Positions 28,358-38,561 of a stretch of DNA of 64,000 bases are shown in pieces. Both the position numbers and the translations under genes were made by a program. The notes beneath the pieces are model-generated. The model had not been told where the DNA came from. It was given only the letters and a program-made list of their open reading frames with translations, and ran no database searches. Source of the DNA: an uncultured candidate division Zixibacteria bacterium (GTDB lineage Bacteria > Zixibacteria > MSB-5A5 > GN15 > PGXB01). Position 1 is the stretch's first letter, and each line of letters begins with the position of its first letter. The stretch spans positions 2,784,001-2,848,000 of the forward strand of contig OY969724.1 of NCBI GenBank assembly GCA_963702205.1, in the 5' to 3' direction.

Positions 28358-30187
28358 TTAATTCTCGGATTTCATCCTCAGCCGGGCCTGTTCGATGTTA
28401 TTGATCGTACTGACATTCCCCGGGTAAAACTGCAGGACTTCCTCCCACAGCCTGACGGCGTTTTCATAATCCCCGTCGCGGAAATGCTCCAGGGCGTTCA
28501 AATATATGCGCCAGACCCGTTCATCCTTTTCCAGGTCTTCAAGGTCGGTTACTTTCTTCATCAATACGGAAATCCGGCTCTTGTAATCGGTGGCAACGCT
28601 GTTGTTGGGCTCCAGCTGCAGTACCTGCTCGAATTTACGGCTGGCCGCAGAATAATTCTTTTGCGTGAAATATTCGACCCCTTCTTTAACGAGGCGGGCG
28701 ACGTTGATTGAATTTTCAATCCTGACAATGGCCGCCGGGGCAGCTTCGTTTTCGGGATCGAGTTCGGTCACTTTGTAATATTTTTCGAGCGCGTCGGTCA
28801 ACCGTCCGTCGGATTCCAGTTGTTTGGCTTCGGCCAGGAGACTATCGACCCTGGCCTGGCGTTCGCGCACGATATTTTCTTTCAGCCTGACAAACCTTTG
28901 ATCATCAGGAGCTTCTTTCTGAGCCATATCGACAGCCGCCAGCGCCGCTTTATATTCACCATTCTCCTGTAAGCCCAATGCCTGGCTGTAATAACCGTCG
29001 ATGCGGGATTCAATGCGACCGGCTTCATTGCGGGCAGCCTGGTCCGAAGCATTACGAATCTTAAGCGTTTCCTGGATTTGCTCGATACGATTCTGCGCCT
29101 CTTTGTTGTTTTCATCGTACGCCAGCGCGCGTTGATAGTACACCAGAGCCGAATCGAGCTCGTTGTAATCATAAAATCCGTCGGCTACTCCTTTATAGAA
29201 ATTGAACTGACGTTTGCGGTCGTCGAGGACGAGATAGCTTCCCCGGGCACTTTCCAGTTCTGAAGCTTCCTTGATCTTCTCGGGAATCGATTTGCCTATG
29301 TTGATCGTCAGGCCGAAGCGGTGCGAATCGGTGATACCGTCGATAAACCTGTAAGCGTAATCGAATCTGAGGCGGTCGTATGTGACACCCATCCCGAAAG
29401 TCATGTTTTCGCGATCCAGTCCTATCCTTAGGGCCAGATAATCTCTGTAAACCGATTCCAATCCGATGTGAATCTTGGTCGATCGGTACTCCGGCTGCTC
29501 GATCGCGAACGTAACATTATGCGAAAAGTCTTTGAACAGTTTTATATCTTTCACGCCGACACCGGCCAGAACGTCGAGCGGGATAATTTCAAGATTGCCT
29601 CCAAGCCGTAAACGCGGAGCGATCAGGTCCTGAAATATAACTCCGGCCATAATTTTATCGGTTGCCCGCATCATGAACGACAAATCGATCCCGGTACCGT
29701 ACGTCGAATTATCACCCAGCGATTGATTGACAAGTTTGAGAGCCGCGCCGATCGAAAAACCGCCTTCGAGTTTTCGGCCGTAACCCAGTAAAAACTGCCC
29801 GATCGAATACGACATCTTCCCGGTTTGCACATAATCATTGATGACCGGGATATCGCCGGTTCCGAGACGCATGAAGGAGACTCCGAACCCGCCCCATTTT
29901 TCGTGGGGATAGACGTACGATGCGGCATCGTACAGAGTCCCCTCGATCAAAGTAACATGCATCAGGTCGACCTGCTGATAATCCAGGCTGGCCAGAGCGG
30001 CCTGGTTCCAGTATATGGCCGAAGCATCGTCTGCCAGCCCGACAAAGCCGCCGCCCATGCCGAGCGCCCGCGTTCCCGAACCGAGTGAAAAAGGCGATTC
30101 ACGTCCGGCATCGTCGCCGTACGCAGCCGTCGTGAGGCATAGAGCCGAAATAAGGCAGGCGAATATGATCCAGCGACACTTCATCAT
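28358..30187 (-). CDS. PorV/PorQ-like outer-membrane beta-barrel with C-terminal TPR region
   Basis: Signal peptide; G.G.RALGMGG.F..LADDASA.YWN.A.L plug motif; amphipathic beta strands ending FDYAY…SHRFGL; then about 300 aa of TPR helices. Confidence 0.88.
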   Translation of the reverse strand: MMKCRWIIFACLISALCLTTAAYGDDAGRESPFSLGSGTRALGMGGGFVGLADDASAIYWNQAALASLDYQQVDLMHVTLIEGTLYDAASYVYPHEKWGGFGVSFMRLGTGDIPVINDYVQTGKMSYSIGQFLLGYGRKLEGGFSIGAALKLVNQSLGDNSTYGTGIDLSFMMRATDKIMAGVIFQDLIAPRLRLGGNLEIIPLDVLAGVGVKDIKLFKDFSHNVTFAIEQPEYRSTKIHIGLESVYRDYLALRIGLDRENMTFGMGVTYDRLRFDYAYRFIDGITDSHRFGLTINIGKSIPEKIKEASELESARGSYLVLDDRKRQFNFYKGVADGFYDYNELDSALVYYQRALAYDENNKEAQNRIEQIQETLKIRNASDQAARNEAGRIESRIDGYYSQALGLQENGEYKAALAAVDMAQKEAPDDQRFVRLKENIVRERQARVDSLLAEAKQLESDGRLTDALEKYYKVTELDPENEAAPAAIVRIENSINVARLVKEGVEYFTQKNYSAASRKFEQVLQLEPNNSVATDYKSRISVLMKKVTDLEDLEKDERVWRIYLNALEHFRDGDYENAVRLWEEVLQFYPGNVSTINNIEQARLRMKSEN

Positions 30188-33100
30188 TTGAGCACCGCCA
30201 GTTTGTATCGATACGATTTGCCGGTCAACTTGTTCTGCAAGACCATTATATAAACGCCGTTAAGGACAACATTATTGCGGGCATTGCGGCCGTACCAATA
30301 AATCACGTTGTCTCCGGCACGACCACCTTCGGTTCCCGCCGCGAAATTCATTTCAATTACTTTTTCACCGGTCAAGGTAAAGATTATGACGTTTATTTCG
30401 GCGTCGTCTTCAAGGTAATATGAAACCTCGGCCGGTTCGATATCGGGATTGAAAGGATTTTTGCGAGCTATAATCGAGCCTTCGAGGCTGGGCGGTGTCA
30501 CAACGAAATTACTGCCCAGTTCAAAGGATTCTCCGAAATCACCGCTGACCGCTACTCTTTGACCGGCCCGGGGGCCGGAAATATAGCGGGCCAGAATGTC
30601 ACGGCTGTCAATCGACACCGAAAAATTTTGCTCGCTGATATGATCCGCGAAACGACATCGGAAATCTATCGTACGGCTCTCTCCGGGATTGAGAAACAAA
30701 GTAGTAAAATCATTGTTCAGGCGCGAACCGTATATACTGCTTTCGGAAATTAATTCACCGTTTTCAACGAAACCGGTCTCATCGGTTATGACAATTTGAT
30801 CGGGCGAAATTAAATGCCCGTCTTTGTTGCGAAAGGCCGCAACTATCGTGTTCAATCCGATTACATTCAAAGGGCTTTGTGTCTGGTTGTTGAGGGTCAG
30901 CGTAAACAGATCCGAGGTTTCACCCTCGACGATTAACGGCGACGGAATAACCCGCCCCTGCACGAACAACTCGGCTTCCCCGAGAACTACCATTATAGGT
31001 ATCAGCGACGAGATATTTTCCACGTCGGCTCGATCATTAGTGTTCTTGTCAACCGGGATACCGGTGATCATCAGGTGGAAGGCCGCCGATGTTTCATAAA
31101 GCGGCGCCACCAGCTTGAATTCAACCAGGCTGTCAAGAGGCAGCGACACGGCCGTCGATTCGGGAAGTCCGAAGGCATCGGTTCCGGTCACAAGTGAAAT
31201 CTCACCCCGACCGACCGAGGATTCTCCCAGGTTCTTTAAAAATGCGGATATAGTAAAGGGTTTGTCTATTTCCACGTAATTATCGTACGTCCCCGATATG
31301 CTATAGTCAAGTTCAATCCGGGCCGGACGCTGCACAACCAGGACGGCTATATTGTCTACAGCCGGCAATACGGTTGCTCCCGGAGCACTGACCGACGTCT
31401 TGAGTGCCCAAACCGGTATCGTCGTCGCGGGGGCTATCAGGTTGAGCCGGGTTTCAGCGGTACTTTCGGCGGGAATCGATATGCCCGATTGCGAGGCCAA
31501 AGTGTCCCGTCCGCTTTCACTCAGTAAGTACACCGTGGCGTCGTCAATGTCACTTGGTGACAGATTCTCGGCTCCTACAATAAGATCAAACAGCTGATTC
31601 GTATTCAAGAACGGTGTGTTGGGAGCGGTGGTCGTATCGAGATAGGTCGTGACGATGCGCATCTCCTTCTCACCGGACGTGACTTCAACGTCATTGGAGA
31701 AAAAGACACTGTCTCTTCGCTGGACATACAATTCGGTTCCGGCCAGATCGAGATAGGCCGACAGTCTCGTCCCTGCCAGACTTTCCGGAATGGTTACTGA
31801 TTCGGTCGTGAGATGATTATTGCCAGGTTCAATTGTAAAATTAGCGCCTGTCAGCCCAATATTGATTGAGGTTGAATTTTCATTCAAGACCAGAGATGTA
31901 TTGTCAAGATCGATCGTTATGGGAACAATGCCGTCGCTGGAAATATCAAATGAAAACGCCGTTTCAGTTCCGGAGTTGATACTTATCGGGGTCAGGCTGT
32001 TCGGCATATAAGACAATGTCGCTTTTTTTGCGACAAACATTGAATCGAAGTGATTAAGGTCATTAAGACGTATTAAGTCGAAAGGTCCCCTGTACATCGA
32101 TTGAATATCCAGCTTATGATATGTATTCGGAAGACTTTCCTGAGAGTAGTTGATTTCAGGAATAACTATATTTTCAAATTTGAGTTTCACGGGATTTTGA
32201 CTCATAATGGAATCATTCACGCTCAGGCTTGCTATATTGATTGTGTCCTGGCCAATCTCCATATTTAAATAAAAATAGAAGTAATCCACAGAAAGTCCCA
32301 TATTGCCGGAGAAAGTCAACGATAGACTCAGCGAATCGTATACGCCCGGAGCAATTACGCTATCCAAGCTTAGAGAATTTTCGACATACGATACTTCAAG
32401 GCCCTGTATTACGTGCAATGCATGGGATATTGTCTTTCGGAAATTCAGTTCCTGTCCATTAAAGTCATAACTATAACTTAGCGTTACCGTCAATGTATCA
32501 TCGGTATCGGGGACAAGCAAATCCGTGGGAACCTGAACCGTTCGTATGCCGTCGGCGCCGGGGCCTGGGGCCGGATATACGAAGTCGTTTTGACACCCGT
32601 CGCCACAACTTGAAAACCCAACTGATACTATTATTGGCGAATTGGGAATAACATCACCTTCGTTTCTATAGTGATACATCAGTGATTGGATGACCCCGGC
32701 TATTATGGTATCATCCAAACCCTTGGTGACTTCAAAACTTAATCCATTGAATACCACAGACACGGCATTGGAAAGGAGTGCCTGGGTCCTGGTGAATAAA
32801 TAATTCGAACCAAAATCCCCGTTATATACTATCCCTCGCTCCTCCAGATCAGCAATCCCGGCCACGAAATCATCGGCACCGTCAAGCACCGACGGCGTCA
32901 GCGAACCTCCCTGTACTATCAATTCCACCGGATCGGTTGAGGCATCGAAATTGGTCTTGAGATTGCCGTAGGCATCGTACACCGTCAGAGTCGACGGGCC
33001 CAGCAGCGGATATCCGACAAACTGTGTCGGCTGAATATCCAGCGCCAACTCACCCGGTTCACCGGGCACGACGTTGATACTTTTATCTTTGGAAAAGTCG

Positions 33101-34506
33101 TTTGCACTCGTGGCCCTGACAATTGCTCTCTCGGCGGCATAGAAGAACTGCTCGGCACTTCCCTGACCTTCAGATACTTCAATTGCGTTCAGTACCGGAG
33201 CGTCGCCGTTGGGAGAGGGATTGCCCGCGAGAAGCTCGAGAATTATTGTACCGCTCGCGGGGTTGCCGTACTGATCGACGGCGTTTTCGACCGACAATAC
33301 ATACGCCGCTCCGGCGACCGATGAATCCGCTCCGCTCAGATTAAATTCCACAATTGGGCCACCGTTGACCATGATTATATTGCTTTGTCCGGATTTTTCT
33401 CCATTCGTTGCGATAATGACTTTCTGACCGGCCGTGTGAAGAATAAATCCGTCACCGCTGAATTCATGCACTCCGGCATCGGATTCGGTAAATTGATAAG
33501 GATTTTCCCGGGTATAGGGCAGCACGGCCGAAGGATCATCCGATTCAAAATACACGATGCCATCATAATCAGATTTGACATTTCCGAATGCATCGACGGC
33601 GCTAACAATCACGTTTCCCGCAAAAGCTTCACCGGCCATAACCTGCTCGGGAGTGCCCGAGACGACGAATTTATCCAGGTCTCCCGGAATGACTCTTATC
33701 ATGCCCGACTGCCCGGTCAGGCCGTCATGCTCGGCCATGACTCTTCCCTGACCGGTAGTGGTCGCCCGAAACAATCCGCCTTCAAGGGTGCCAATATTGC
33801 CGTCAAGACTCCAGTTGGCCTCCAGCGGTTCGGTGCGGTTATTGAATTGATCTATACCGTATGCCTGGAAAAGTTGCGCCTCTCCGGCCTTCAAAGTCAA
33901 AGGATCGGACGGCTCCACTTCCAGCGCAACCGGTTCATCGGGGATTATATCGAACCTGTCCGAAAAGGTCGGCCCGGCCGTAACCATAAACCAGCGATTG
34001 AAAACCAGCCCGGTAACCTGATACTCCCGGGCTTCCTGCGGATTCCTAATGTTTTCTACGGTCAGAGTAATTTGGGTGCCGGCGGGCGGCGACTGGCCCC
34101 ATTTGAACATGACCGTCACGGTATGGCCATACACCCAGGCATAGCGAATTTCGAGGTCCTGCCCGCTGTAATTATCGGAATAATCAATATTCGTGATAGT
34201 ATTAAGCCCGAATTCGGAGGGCCAATTGAAGGATAACCCGCCCACTTTGGGAATACCATCGTGGGGCACAATAATTTTCACTTGATAAATATCTGTCCGC
34301 CCGGCGATTGCCGTCGAAGGCACCACCGTAATATTAAGATCGGGACCCGGTGGCGACGTGGCCAGGCTGCCGATGAAGCGACCACCATCATCCCAAAAAT
34401 TAAGTTGTGACATTGAATCGGGCAGGCCAAATTCGACTTCGGCGGTCAGGCCGGAAAGCGGGGTCACGACCAGGCAGAATATGAAGAGTAAAAATATATA
34501 TTTCAT
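30184..34506 (-). CDS. Giant (1440 aa) secreted Ig-like repeat protein with FlgD-Ig/T9SS-type C-terminal domain
   Basis: Signal peptide; repeated Ig-like D.(F/Y)GN motifs; C-terminal NPFNP…IFTLTGEKV…W.GRN…NGVYI. Its stop overlaps the start of the PorV-like gene. Confidence 0.88.
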   Translation of the reverse strand: MKYIFLLFIFCLVVTPLSGLTAEVEFGLPDSMSQLNFWDDGGRFIGSLATSPPGPDLNITVVPSTAIAGRTDIYQVKIIVPHDGIPKVGGLSFNWPSEFGLNTITNIDYSDNYSGQDLEIRYAWVYGHTVTVMFKWGQSPPAGTQITLTVENIRNPQEAREYQVTGLVFNRWFMVTAGPTFSDRFDIIPDEPVALEVEPSDPLTLKAGEAQLFQAYGIDQFNNRTEPLEANWSLDGNIGTLEGGLFRATTTGQGRVMAEHDGLTGQSGMIRVIPGDLDKFVVSGTPEQVMAGEAFAGNVIVSAVDAFGNVKSDYDGIVYFESDDPSAVLPYTRENPYQFTESDAGVHEFSGDGFILHTAGQKVIIATNGEKSGQSNIIMVNGGPIVEFNLSGADSSVAGAAYVLSVENAVDQYGNPASGTIILELLAGNPSPNGDAPVLNAIEVSEGQGSAEQFFYAAERAIVRATSANDFSKDKSINVVPGEPGELALDIQPTQFVGYPLLGPSTLTVYDAYGNLKTNFDASTDPVELIVQGGSLTPSVLDGADDFVAGIADLEERGIVYNGDFGSNYLFTRTQALLSNAVSVVFNGLSFEVTKGLDDTIIAGVIQSLMYHYRNEGDVIPNSPIIVSVGFSSCGDGCQNDFVYPAPGPGADGIRTVQVPTDLLVPDTDDTLTVTLSYSYDFNGQELNFRKTISHALHVIQGLEVSYVENSLSLDSVIAPGVYDSLSLSLTFSGNMGLSVDYFYFYLNMEIGQDTINIASLSVNDSIMSQNPVKLKFENIVIPEINYSQESLPNTYHKLDIQSMYRGPFDLIRLNDLNHFDSMFVAKKATLSYMPNSLTPISINSGTETAFSFDISSDGIVPITIDLDNTSLVLNENSTSINIGLTGANFTIEPGNNHLTTESVTIPESLAGTRLSAYLDLAGTELYVQRRDSVFFSNDVEVTSGEKEMRIVTTYLDTTTAPNTPFLNTNQLFDLIVGAENLSPSDIDDATVYLLSESGRDTLASQSGISIPAESTAETRLNLIAPATTIPVWALKTSVSAPGATVLPAVDNIAVLVVQRPARIELDYSISGTYDNYVEIDKPFTISAFLKNLGESSVGRGEISLVTGTDAFGLPESTAVSLPLDSLVEFKLVAPLYETSAAFHLMITGIPVDKNTNDRADVENISSLIPIMVVLGEAELFVQGRVIPSPLIVEGETSDLFTLTLNNQTQSPLNVIGLNTIVAAFRNKDGHLISPDQIVITDETGFVENGELISESSIYGSRLNNDFTTLFLNPGESRTIDFRCRFADHISEQNFSVSIDSRDILARYISGPRAGQRVAVSGDFGESFELGSNFVVTPPSLEGSIIARKNPFNPDIEPAEVSYYLEDDAEINVIIFTLTGEKVIEMNFAAGTEGGRAGDNVIYWYGRNARNNVVLNGVYIMVLQNKLTGKSYRYKLAVLK

Positions 34507-34535
34507 AAGCTGATATTAATATTCGCTTAATAAAA

Positions 34536-34551
34536 AGCAAAGGCTATGCCC
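34536..34551 (-). promoter_or_regulatory. Sigma54-type (-24/-12) promoter
   Basis: Minus strand GGGCATAGCCTTTGCT (GG-N10-GC), with a very AT-rich tract at 34585-34705 upstream. Confidence 0.55.
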
Positions 34552-34766
34552 TTAAATGAATGTCCTCTTGGCCAAAATGGATGACAATAATTACATAATA
34601 TTATAATTTAAATAAATTGCATAAGATATTATACCGCATATATATAAATGTACGTATAATAAATTATGAATATACTGACGTGATATATTTATTTATTAAT
34701 TTTTACGGCAGGTAAAGTGGTGATTTAAGCATGCAAAGTTTTGCACCTAATCTGTTTGGCCGTGCA

Positions 34767-35666
34767 TTATTTGACCAATTGCGATCTTGTAAGTCGTGCC
34801 TCGGCAGAATGGACGGTATTGGTCAGCAGCATTGCTATCGTCATCAATCCGACGCCGCCGGGAACCGGCGTGATATACGAGGACTTGGGTTTACAGGCGT
34901 CGAAATCGACATCACCGACCACCCGGTAGCCTTTATCGGCCGAGGGATCTTCGACCCGGTTTATTCCGACGTCGATGATTACTACCCCGTCTTTGAGCAT
35001 ATCGGCTTTAACAAAGGCGGGCTGCCCGATGGCGGCGATAATGATATCCGCCCGGCGACAAACCTCGCCGATATTTGCCGTTTGGGAATGACACACGGTT
35101 ACCGTGGCGTTGGCCATCGGCCCCTTTTGAAGCAGCATTGCAGCGATCGGCTTGCCCACAATATTCGACCGGCCCAGCACGACCACTTCTTTTCCGGCCG
35201 GATCGATATCATAGCGACGCATCAGTTCGACTATGCCGTACGGTGTGCACGGCAGAAATGTCGGCTGGCCGGCCAGCATACGGCCGACGTTATATGGATG
35301 AAAACCGTCCACATCCTTTTGTGGGTCGATTTTAAGGGTCACCGCCGGTTCATCGAGATGTTTCGGAAGCGGCGATTGCACCAGAATGCCATCTATCTCA
35401 TCGCGATTGTTCAAATCGTCGACAATGCCTTCGATTTCGTCTTGTTCGATATTGGCCGGGCGAGTGATTACCTCGGAATAAATGCCGATTTTTTGGCAAG
35501 CTTTGGCCTTGCTGCGAACATAAATGGCCGAAGCCGGGTCATCACCGACCAGCACCGCCGCCAGGCCGGGTGTAACCCCTTTTTCGGTCAAATCAGCCGT
35601 TTTGGCTTTGAGTTCGTCCTTAATTTCCTGTGAGACTTTTTTGCCGTCGATTATTATAGCATCCAT
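34767..35666 (-). CDS. folD: Methylenetetrahydrofolate dehydrogenase/cyclohydrolase
   Basis: KDVDGFHP, PCTP, GRSNIVGKP, DVGINR and TPVPGGVG motifs. Confidence 0.98.
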   Translation of the reverse strand: MDAIIIDGKKVSQEIKDELKAKTADLTEKGVTPGLAAVLVGDDPASAIYVRSKAKACQKIGIYSEVITRPANIEQDEIEGIVDDLNNRDEIDGILVQSPLPKHLDEPAVTLKIDPQKDVDGFHPYNVGRMLAGQPTFLPCTPYGIVELMRRYDIDPAGKEVVVLGRSNIVGKPIAAMLLQKGPMANATVTVCHSQTANIGEVCRRADIIIAAIGQPAFVKADMLKDGVVIIDVGINRVEDPSADKGYRVVGDVDFDACKPKSSYITPVPGGVGLMTIAMLLTNTVHSAEARLTRSQLVK

Positions 35667-35667
35667 G

Positions 35668-36492
35668 CTATTTCTCTTTGTCGTTCTCTTTATTCTGTGG
35701 ATAATCTCCTATATCGATCCTGAATCGCTCGATATTTTCGGCGGCACCGTCTTCGGTTTCGACCGTCAGAACCACTCCGCTGAGCTTAATATCGTTATTG
35801 GCCGATGCGAACCGGTGCGGCATGCCGGTCAGGAAACGATCCAGCGATGGCCTCTTGGCCATACCGATAATCGAATCGTGTGGTCCGGTCATTCCAACGT
35901 CGGTGATGTACGCCGTCCCCCGTTCGCTGACCGATTCATCGGCCGTCTGGACGTGCGTGTGCGTGCCGATCACCGCCGTGACTTTACCGTCGAGGAAGTA
36001 CGCCAGCGCCTGTTTTTCCGAAGTCACTTCGGCATGAAAGTCGATTATGATTATGTCCGTCTCGCGGCTCATCTGGTCGACCAGCTTTTCACCGACGCGG
36101 AAAGGGCAGTCGATATCTTTCATGTACGTCCGGCCCATCAGATTGAGGATACCGATGCGTCCTTTAGTCGTATCGTCGATGAAGAAACCGTTGCCCGGTG
36201 TCCCCGGCGGGAAATTGGCCGGGCGCAGAAGTTTCGATTGGTCGTTGATATACCGCCAGATATCGAGCCGGTCCCAGATATGGTTGCCCGATGTTTGACA
36301 ATCGACGCCGTATGAAAATATCTTGTTGCACATTTCCGGAGTTACGCCAAAACCACCGGCGGCGTTCTCCACGTTGGCGATGACATAATCGGCTTCGTAC
36401 TTTTCACGCAGATTTCGGCACTCCTGAGAAAGGGCGTATCGCCCTTGTTTTCCCACGAGATCGGCAAAAAAGATTATCTTAATTTTTGACAT
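35668..36492 (-). CDS. ymdB: YmdB-like metallophosphoesterase (TIGR00282 type)
   Basis: NVENAAGG, TSGNHIWD, RPANFP, DFHAE.TSEK and GTHTHVQTAD motifs; follows rny. Confidence 0.95.
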   Translation of the reverse strand: MSKIKIIFFADLVGKQGRYALSQECRNLREKYEADYVIANVENAAGGFGVTPEMCNKIFSYGVDCQTSGNHIWDRLDIWRYINDQSKLLRPANFPPGTPGNGFFIDDTTKGRIGILNLMGRTYMKDIDCPFRVGEKLVDQMSRETDIIIIDFHAEVTSEKQALAYFLDGKVTAVIGTHTHVQTADESVSERGTAYITDVGMTGPHDSIIGMAKRPSLDRFLTGMPHRFASANNDIKLSGVVLTVETEDGAAENIERFRIDIGDYPQNKENDKEK

Positions 36493-38057
36493 TACTTCGC
36501 GAATTCCGTCGCCCGGTTTTCCCGTATGACCGTGACTTTAATCTGTCCGGGATATTCCATTTCTTTTTCTATTTTGCGCGCAATGTCCCCGGCCAGTATA
36601 TGTGTGGCCAGGTCATCGACCGTTTCACATTCAACGATAACGCGAATCTCCCGACCCGCCTGTATGGCAAACGCCTTGGAAACGCCTTTGAACGAGTCGG
36701 CCAGTTCTTCGAGTTTCTGGAGACGCTTGATGTATGCTTCCAACGGTTCACGGCGGGCGCCCGGTCGTGCGCCCGAGACGGCATCGGCCGCCTGGACGAG
36801 TACGGCGTACGGTGTCTCCATCGGTATATCGCCGTGATGCGAGGCCACCGCGTTTATCACCGCCGGATGCACGTTGAACCGTTTCAGGAAATTGGCACCT
36901 ATTTCAGTGTGCGTGCCTTCCGTCTCGCGGTCTATGGCCTTGCCAACGTCGTGCAGCAAACCGGAAAGCCGGGCCAGATTCGGGTCGAGATCGAGCTCGG
37001 CGGCCATTATCCCGCACAGGATGGCCACTTCTTTGGCGTGCTGAAGCACGTTTTGGCCGTAGGAAGTCCGGTAGTGCAATTTGCCCAGGAGTTTGATCAC
37101 ATCCAGGGGCAGCCCCTGCACCCCGGTATCGAAACAGGCCTGCTCACCTATTTCGCGGACTATCATTTCCATTTCTTTTTGCGTCTTTTCGACGACTTCT
37201 TCGATACGCGTCGGGTGGATGCGGCCGTCGGCAATGAGTTTTTCCAGCGACATGCGGGCGATTTCCCGACGAATCGGGTCGTAACCCGATAAAATCACCG
37301 CCTCCGGAGTATCATCGACGATCACGTCGATCGCCGTGGCCGTTTCGAACGACCGGATGTTACGGCCTTCACGTCCGATAATGCGGCCTTTCATCTCATC
37401 GTTGGGCAAGTTTACGACCGAGACGGTGGCTTCGACCGCCTGATCGGCGGCACAGCGATAAATCGCTCCAAGAATAATTTCTTTGGCCTCTTTTTCGGCA
37501 TCCTGCTCGGCCTTTTCCTTGATTTCCTTTATCATGGCTGCCGCTTCAATTTTGGCCTCATTGATCAGGTTTTCTTTCAATTCCTTTTTGGCCTCATCGG
37601 CGGTCATTCCGGCGATGCGTTCCAGCTTTTCATTCTGGTCTTTTGTAATTGCATCGAGTTCGGATTCACGGATCGAAATGCCCTTCTCGCGTCCGCTCAG
37701 AGTTTTCTCGCGGGCGATCAGTTCTTTTTCGAGTTTTGAATGTGACTCTATTTTTTTATCCAGATTCGACTGACGGTCCTGCAGGCTCCGTTCGAGTTTC
37801 TGCAATTCGTTCTTCTTGTTCTGGATTTCTCGTTCATAATTTGATTTTACTTTATACCATTCTTCACGGGCCTCAAGAAGCGCTTCTTTTTTCTTGATTC
37901 CGGCTTCCTTTTCGCCCTCGGCGATAATCTTCTTGGCGGTTTCCTCGGCATTGGAGATACGTTTATCCCCGATACGTTTAAGGATAATCCACCCGGCGAT
38001 GAAGCCGAAGATCACGCCAACTATGGTCAGAAGCACCGTCAACGCTAACTCGCTCAT
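36492..38057 (-). CDS. rny: Ribonuclease Y
   Basis: TM, coiled coil, KH ([14 protein letters not shown]), HD (LLHDVGK) and [10 protein letters not shown]. Confidence 0.98.
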   Translation of the reverse strand: MSELALTVLLTIVGVIFGFIAGWIILKRIGDKRISNAEETAKKIIAEGEKEAGIKKKEALLEAREEWYKVKSNYEREIQNKKNELQKLERSLQDRQSNLDKKIESHSKLEKELIAREKTLSGREKGISIRESELDAITKDQNEKLERIAGMTADEAKKELKENLINEAKIEAAAMIKEIKEKAEQDAEKEAKEIILGAIYRCAADQAVEATVSVVNLPNDEMKGRIIGREGRNIRSFETATAIDVIVDDTPEAVILSGYDPIRREIARMSLEKLIADGRIHPTRIEEVVEKTQKEMEMIVREIGEQACFDTGVQGLPLDVIKLLGKLHYRTSYGQNVLQHAKEVAILCGIMAAELDLDPNLARLSGLLHDVGKAIDRETEGTHTEIGANFLKRFNVHPAVINAVASHHGDIPMETPYAVLVQAADAVSGARPGARREPLEAYIKRLQKLEELADSFKGVSKAFAIQAGREIRVIVECETVDDLATHILAGDIARKIEKEMEYPGQIKVTVIRENRATEFAK

Positions 38058-38156
38058 TGGTCCTCCTTGTCGCGGCCACAGACCGCAACATCTATGATTA
38101 ATTCTATATTAAAGAGAAGACAATTGAGACTGATCTGGTCTGAGATACGAACGGAG

Positions 38157-38459
38157 CTATTCGGATAAAGAATTTTCGAGCATATCCAGTATATTCCGGG
38201 CTTTGCTTTCCACCTGACTTAAGTCCTCACCCTGCTTTTCCTTAAGCTCCAGCAATTCTCCCGCGATATTAAGGGCGGCGAGAATCGCGATGCGATTGGG
38301 AGATTTATTTTTCGAGTGTAAAGCAATGTCTTTCATATGAGTGTCGACAAAATCGGCGACACGCAAAATAAAATCCTCGTTGCCGAATCCCCGGATGGGA
38401 TATTCCTCTCCAAAAATTACGACTTTTACCGTCTTATTCTTATCTGAAATATCCGTCAT
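38157..38459 (-). CDS. zapA: Cell division protein ZapA
   Basis: V.IFGEEY.I…A.FVD..M…AILAALNIA.EL pattern; pheT-zapB-zapA-rny synteny. Confidence 0.92.
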   Translation of the reverse strand: MTDISDKNKTVKVVIFGEEYPIRGFGNEDFILRVADFVDTHMKDIALHSKNKSPNRIAILAALNIAGELLELKEKQGEDLSQVESKARNILDMLENSLSE

Positions 38460-38561
38460 AAACAGATCTCTAAAAATCAGTCTAAATTTATCTTCAATTG
38501 TTTTTTCCCAAATATATTAACAAAAAGGCGTTTGATACGTTCAATGTCAAGCCAAATAATT

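Noticed and set aside
38058..38156. 6S RNA, often found after zapA
   Set aside because: The gap is only about 100 nt and lacks the long rod-with-bubble structure.
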